A DNA stretch of 63,688 bases, the filler included, from Asterionella formosa (lineage: Eukaryota): assembly GCA_002256025.1 (NCBI GenBank). It is 13 parts of 13 records of this genome, joined end to end, with 100 filler letters (N's around TTAATTAATTAA, not from the genome) between each part and the next. Parts side by side here need not be neighbours in the genome. Positions count along the whole stretch, not along the records: positions 58,891 to 63,688 come from NKIB01013357.1; 12 more parts are not named here. The stretch is one strand, 5' to 3'. Position numbers and translations under genes: made by a program. Positions 60,659 through 63,688 of this stretch are shown here, in pieces (the first letter of the stretch is position 1; each line of letters begins with the position of its first letter). Under the pieces are notes generated by a model. The model did not search any database and was not told the origin of the DNA. It saw only the letters and a program-made list of their open reading frames with translations.

Positions 60659-60968
60659 TACAGTTTCATAGTACCAGCGTAGTAATAGGCATAGTTTCTT
60701 AATACCAGCGTCATGTTCCGACCGGGTATTGAAACAAGGGGAAGAAGGAGATGCTGGTAGGGCAAACCTACAGTCTCACAGTACTAACGTAGCAATAGGA
60801 ACAGTTTCACAGTAGCCACGTCATGTTCCGACCGGGTATTGAAACAAGGGGAAGAAGGGTATGCTGGTAGTGCGAACCTACTGTCTCACAGTACTAACGT
60901 AGCAATAGGTACAGTTTCATAGTAGCCACGTCATGTTCCGACCGGGTATTGAAACAAGGGGATGATAG
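60659..60968. repeat. 110-bp tandem repeat, about 3 units, with an invariant core
   Basis: cgtcatgttccgaccgggtattgaaacaagggga occurs at 60709, 60819 and 60929. Confidence 0.95.
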
Positions 60969-61069
60969 GAATGCGGAAATTTTATTCACAGATGTTGGTG
61001 CCCAGTAATCTAATTTAGTTCGTGCTCATACTAATTTTCTTTTAGTTTCTAAATAGATAATTGTATGGT

Positions 61070-63042
61070 TTAGGGATGATCATTTACATTACGATGTGAT
61101 GGCCAAACAATCTTGTTTTGTTTCCATAAAATATCAAAATGTTCAATGAGTTTACTCTTGAAGAACTGTAAACTTAAATGCCAGACCACTCGAACTGTAT
61201 CAACATTCTTTGTTAGCACTTCAATCTTGAAGTTGTCATTTGGATCTGGCACTAAATTGCGAATTGCATCAGGAATTTGTCCATCACCATCATTACCAGG
61301 ACCCATTCCAGAGGTATCAATTGTTCGCAAACTGGCTAATCCAAGTACTGCCGGTCTTGCAACTGCATTTAGCCTTTGAATAGCAAAAGGTGCTTCAGCT
61401 CCATTTAATTGGCCTAATGGTCCTTCCCAGTCACTTAAAACACCATTTTGCCATTGCTGGTCAAACCCATCAATATCAAGTAACATGTTATGAAATGCAC
61501 AACATGTTAGCCAGACCTTGTCAGGTTCTGTTACTCCATGTATTCGGATGCCTTATTTTAAAATCGGCCAGCGTCCCTTGAGTATTCCAAAGGTACATTC
61601 CACATCTTTTCTAAGTGACTCCAGCCATTCAGACATCTAAGTTCTTGTTCAGTTTCTGGGTTTTTGGTTGGAGGCACTGTTGTAGACCATTTTAGATATC
61701 CATTGTCAACTATCAAAAAGCATCCACTATACTTTATGGATACAACTGCTCCATTCCGATCTTTTTCTTTACGCTCAAACTCCACATCTTTTAAGGCATC
61801 TGCACCATTTTGGATGCCTCGAGCAAAAGTATCAAAGTTGATTAATGTTTTATCATTCCATCGACAAGGATGCCCTGTGGTACTAGACAGGATCCTCCGG
61901 CGATGATTCACAGTAGCATTATAAGTCCTGGCTGTACAAGGAAGTTTTGATGATATATGCTGGTTCCGAAGCCGATTGAAGCATCGCTCTATTGACACAT
62001 GTGTAGCATCTGTGGACCCAAGACATCCAGGGAAACCTACCTGTGTCATTTCAAACATGTGATGCTCTGCTTCCAATGGGTTTGTTGGAGTTCTAACATA
62101 TTTTTTGTAAAGGATGGTACTGCCCACATCAATGAAGGCGTGGAAGAATTGCCTGTGGGTCTCTTGACTGATACCAGTATTCTCCTCAATGTCATCAAAA
62201 GTCCATCCTCTCCCATGGTACCTGAATGCTCCCAAAACCATAAGTTCAAGTGGTGATGATGCCCTTCCTGTTGCATCAGGTCGAGTCCAGCGAGGAAACC
62301 AATTTGAATCTCTAGCATCATCAACAAATTGGAGGAACTGGTTGTGTGTGGTTGTCGAAATCTGTGGCGGAATTTCTTTTGAAATGACAATGATTCAACT
62401 GCTGGTCTGGAAATGTATAGTATATACCAATTTGACATCACAGGAGTTATCATTTGAATTAGCCCTTTGTCATTGATGTATTCACAGACCTTGTTGTTTC
62501 CTCTCACTCTAACTCTTGGGGGTAGAGGCACATTGTTAAGACCTTGTTTTTCTGGTGTGGGCATGAGTAGAGTTCTTCCGAAATCAGACAAAAACTGAAG
62601 ATCCATGTGTGCCATGTTGGTGAAATGTGGGTTTGATGACATGTTGATTGTGGCGAAATCCGAGATTATTTGTTGTTGTTGTTCTTGACAGTGTGGTCCC
62701 CTGGTACCTGGTACCAGAGTACCGTATAGCTATTGTTGTATCTATGTATGATATACTGGTAAATGATGCGTCCTATGATATGTACTGATTCTACAATGAT
62801 AATAATTGGGTTTCTAGTGACTACATTCAAAGTAGTCAATATGGAATCCTACGTTTAGGTAACTTTGGGAAAAAAAAACCTAAACGTAATGCGTTTGGGT
62901 AACTTATTGGGATATGGGCACGGATTCCCCTAAACGTAATGCGTTTGCGTTGGGTTTTTCACTCCTGTTAGCATCGTTTTTTAGGGTTACCGAAACCAAA
63001 ACACTGTTTGGTTTGCGTTTTGGTCCACCGTTAGCAACGGCC
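61070..63042 (-). mobile_element. PIF/Harbinger element (Plant_tran-type transposase pseudogene plus 5' terminus)
   Basis: KKFRHRFR, LGAFRYHGRGWTFDDIEE, GFPGCLGSTDATH, WNDKTL, IVDNGYLKW and ESLRKDVECTFGILKGRW (after a 1-bp shift), then KLIEHF. The terminus ...ttagcaacggcc|TTA is at 63042, with paired aaacgtaatgcgtttg subterminal motifs. Confidence 0.92.
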
Positions 63043-63052
63043 TTATATATTA

Positions 63053-63160
63053 CCGTTGCTAACCGTTGACCCAAACCAAAACCCAAAAACTTTTTTTGGA
63101 TTGGTTTTGGTTTTGGTCAACTGACGAAAAAACGATGCTATCGGTTTTTGGGAAATCCTA
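63053..63160 (+). mobile_element. Related Harbinger-like terminus in the opposite orientation
   Basis: CCGTTGCTAACCGTTGACCCAAACCAAAACC resembles GGCCGTTGCTAACGGTGGACCAAAACGCAAACC. Confidence 0.5.
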
Positions 63161-63688
63161 AATGCTGTCAACCACCCATCTACAGTGACGTAGGATGACA
63201 AAACCATTATAAAAAAAGTAAAATATTTCTAGACTCCGTACGGATACCGGTATACGGGTAGGATCGGCCAAAACCCAAGAAAATGCTTCATGTGCATCCA
63301 GTGTGGCCGGCGTGGGATTGCAAGACCTCGCAAACCGTGCCAATCGAACGGATATAAGGATAGCCAATCAGAATATGAATAATACAGCGGGCAATTACAA
63401 TGGAACTTTTTGTACACGAGAATTTACGACTAAAAATTTTAGTACAAGACTACCATTCCGATGATGACGTTTCGGCGATTAGTGATTCTGATTCTGATTC
63501 TGACATTTTGGTGACCGTTGAAAAGGCCGATATTTTCGAACATTTGGAAGACGATAGCTCAGCGTTGGCAGGGTTTGAAGAAGAGTTAAATACATAGGTA
63601 ATCTTCATATAGCCCCAGAAGTTAACTTTCTGCGAGAAACTGCAGAAAGGAACTTCGGTTTTTTTACGAGGCCAAATAAACGAGTTGG

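Noticed and set aside
60709..60962. CRISPR-like array, because the invariant core contains ATTGAAAC and recurs at a fixed period
   Set aside because: The ~76-bp intervening segments are homologous to each other rather than unique, there are no cas genes, and the context is eukaryotic.
62904..63086. Short ORF similar to the antisense of the GT15 N-terminal extension
   Set aside because: Both are readings of the same non-coding Harbinger terminus.

Overview
This is eukaryotic nuclear DNA, most likely from a diatom (stramenopile). The clues are short GT-AG introns, a DUF6824 protein, a WGKPPP-type receiver domain and a bipartite plastid-targeting peptide. The window is not one locus: it is 13 unrelated contigs of about 4.8 kb, sorted by decreasing length (4814 to 4798 bp) and joined by 12 identical 100-bp N44-TTAATTAATTAA-N44 linkers, so only within-contig adjacency is meaningful. 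Host genes include a spliced ribosomal protein S16, a pseudo-receiver protein, a Ser/Thr kinase with a very long activation-segment insert, DUF6824, a TM-LRR receptor-like protein, an ankyrin-kinase, an SGNH protein, a GT15 mannosyltransferase, an S28 peptidase, an ankyrin-UBA protein and an FGGY kinase. The rest is mostly decayed DNA transposons (two PIF/Harbinger families, a Crypton recombinase, a Plavaka-like element, a probable pogo-like remnant, a TA-flanked MITE) and tandem repeats. The best leads are three. (1) A pervasive TA-CC(W)GG-TA / TA-CCG-TA motif reads like Tc1/mariner excision footprints, matches the MITE ends, and one copy frameshifts an LRR-ARM gene. (2) A 2OG-Fe(II) dioxygenase-like gene lies next to, and possibly inside, a Harbinger element. 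(3) One contig is a patchwork of signalling-gene fragments. All family calls are by-eye motif recognition; no searches were run.
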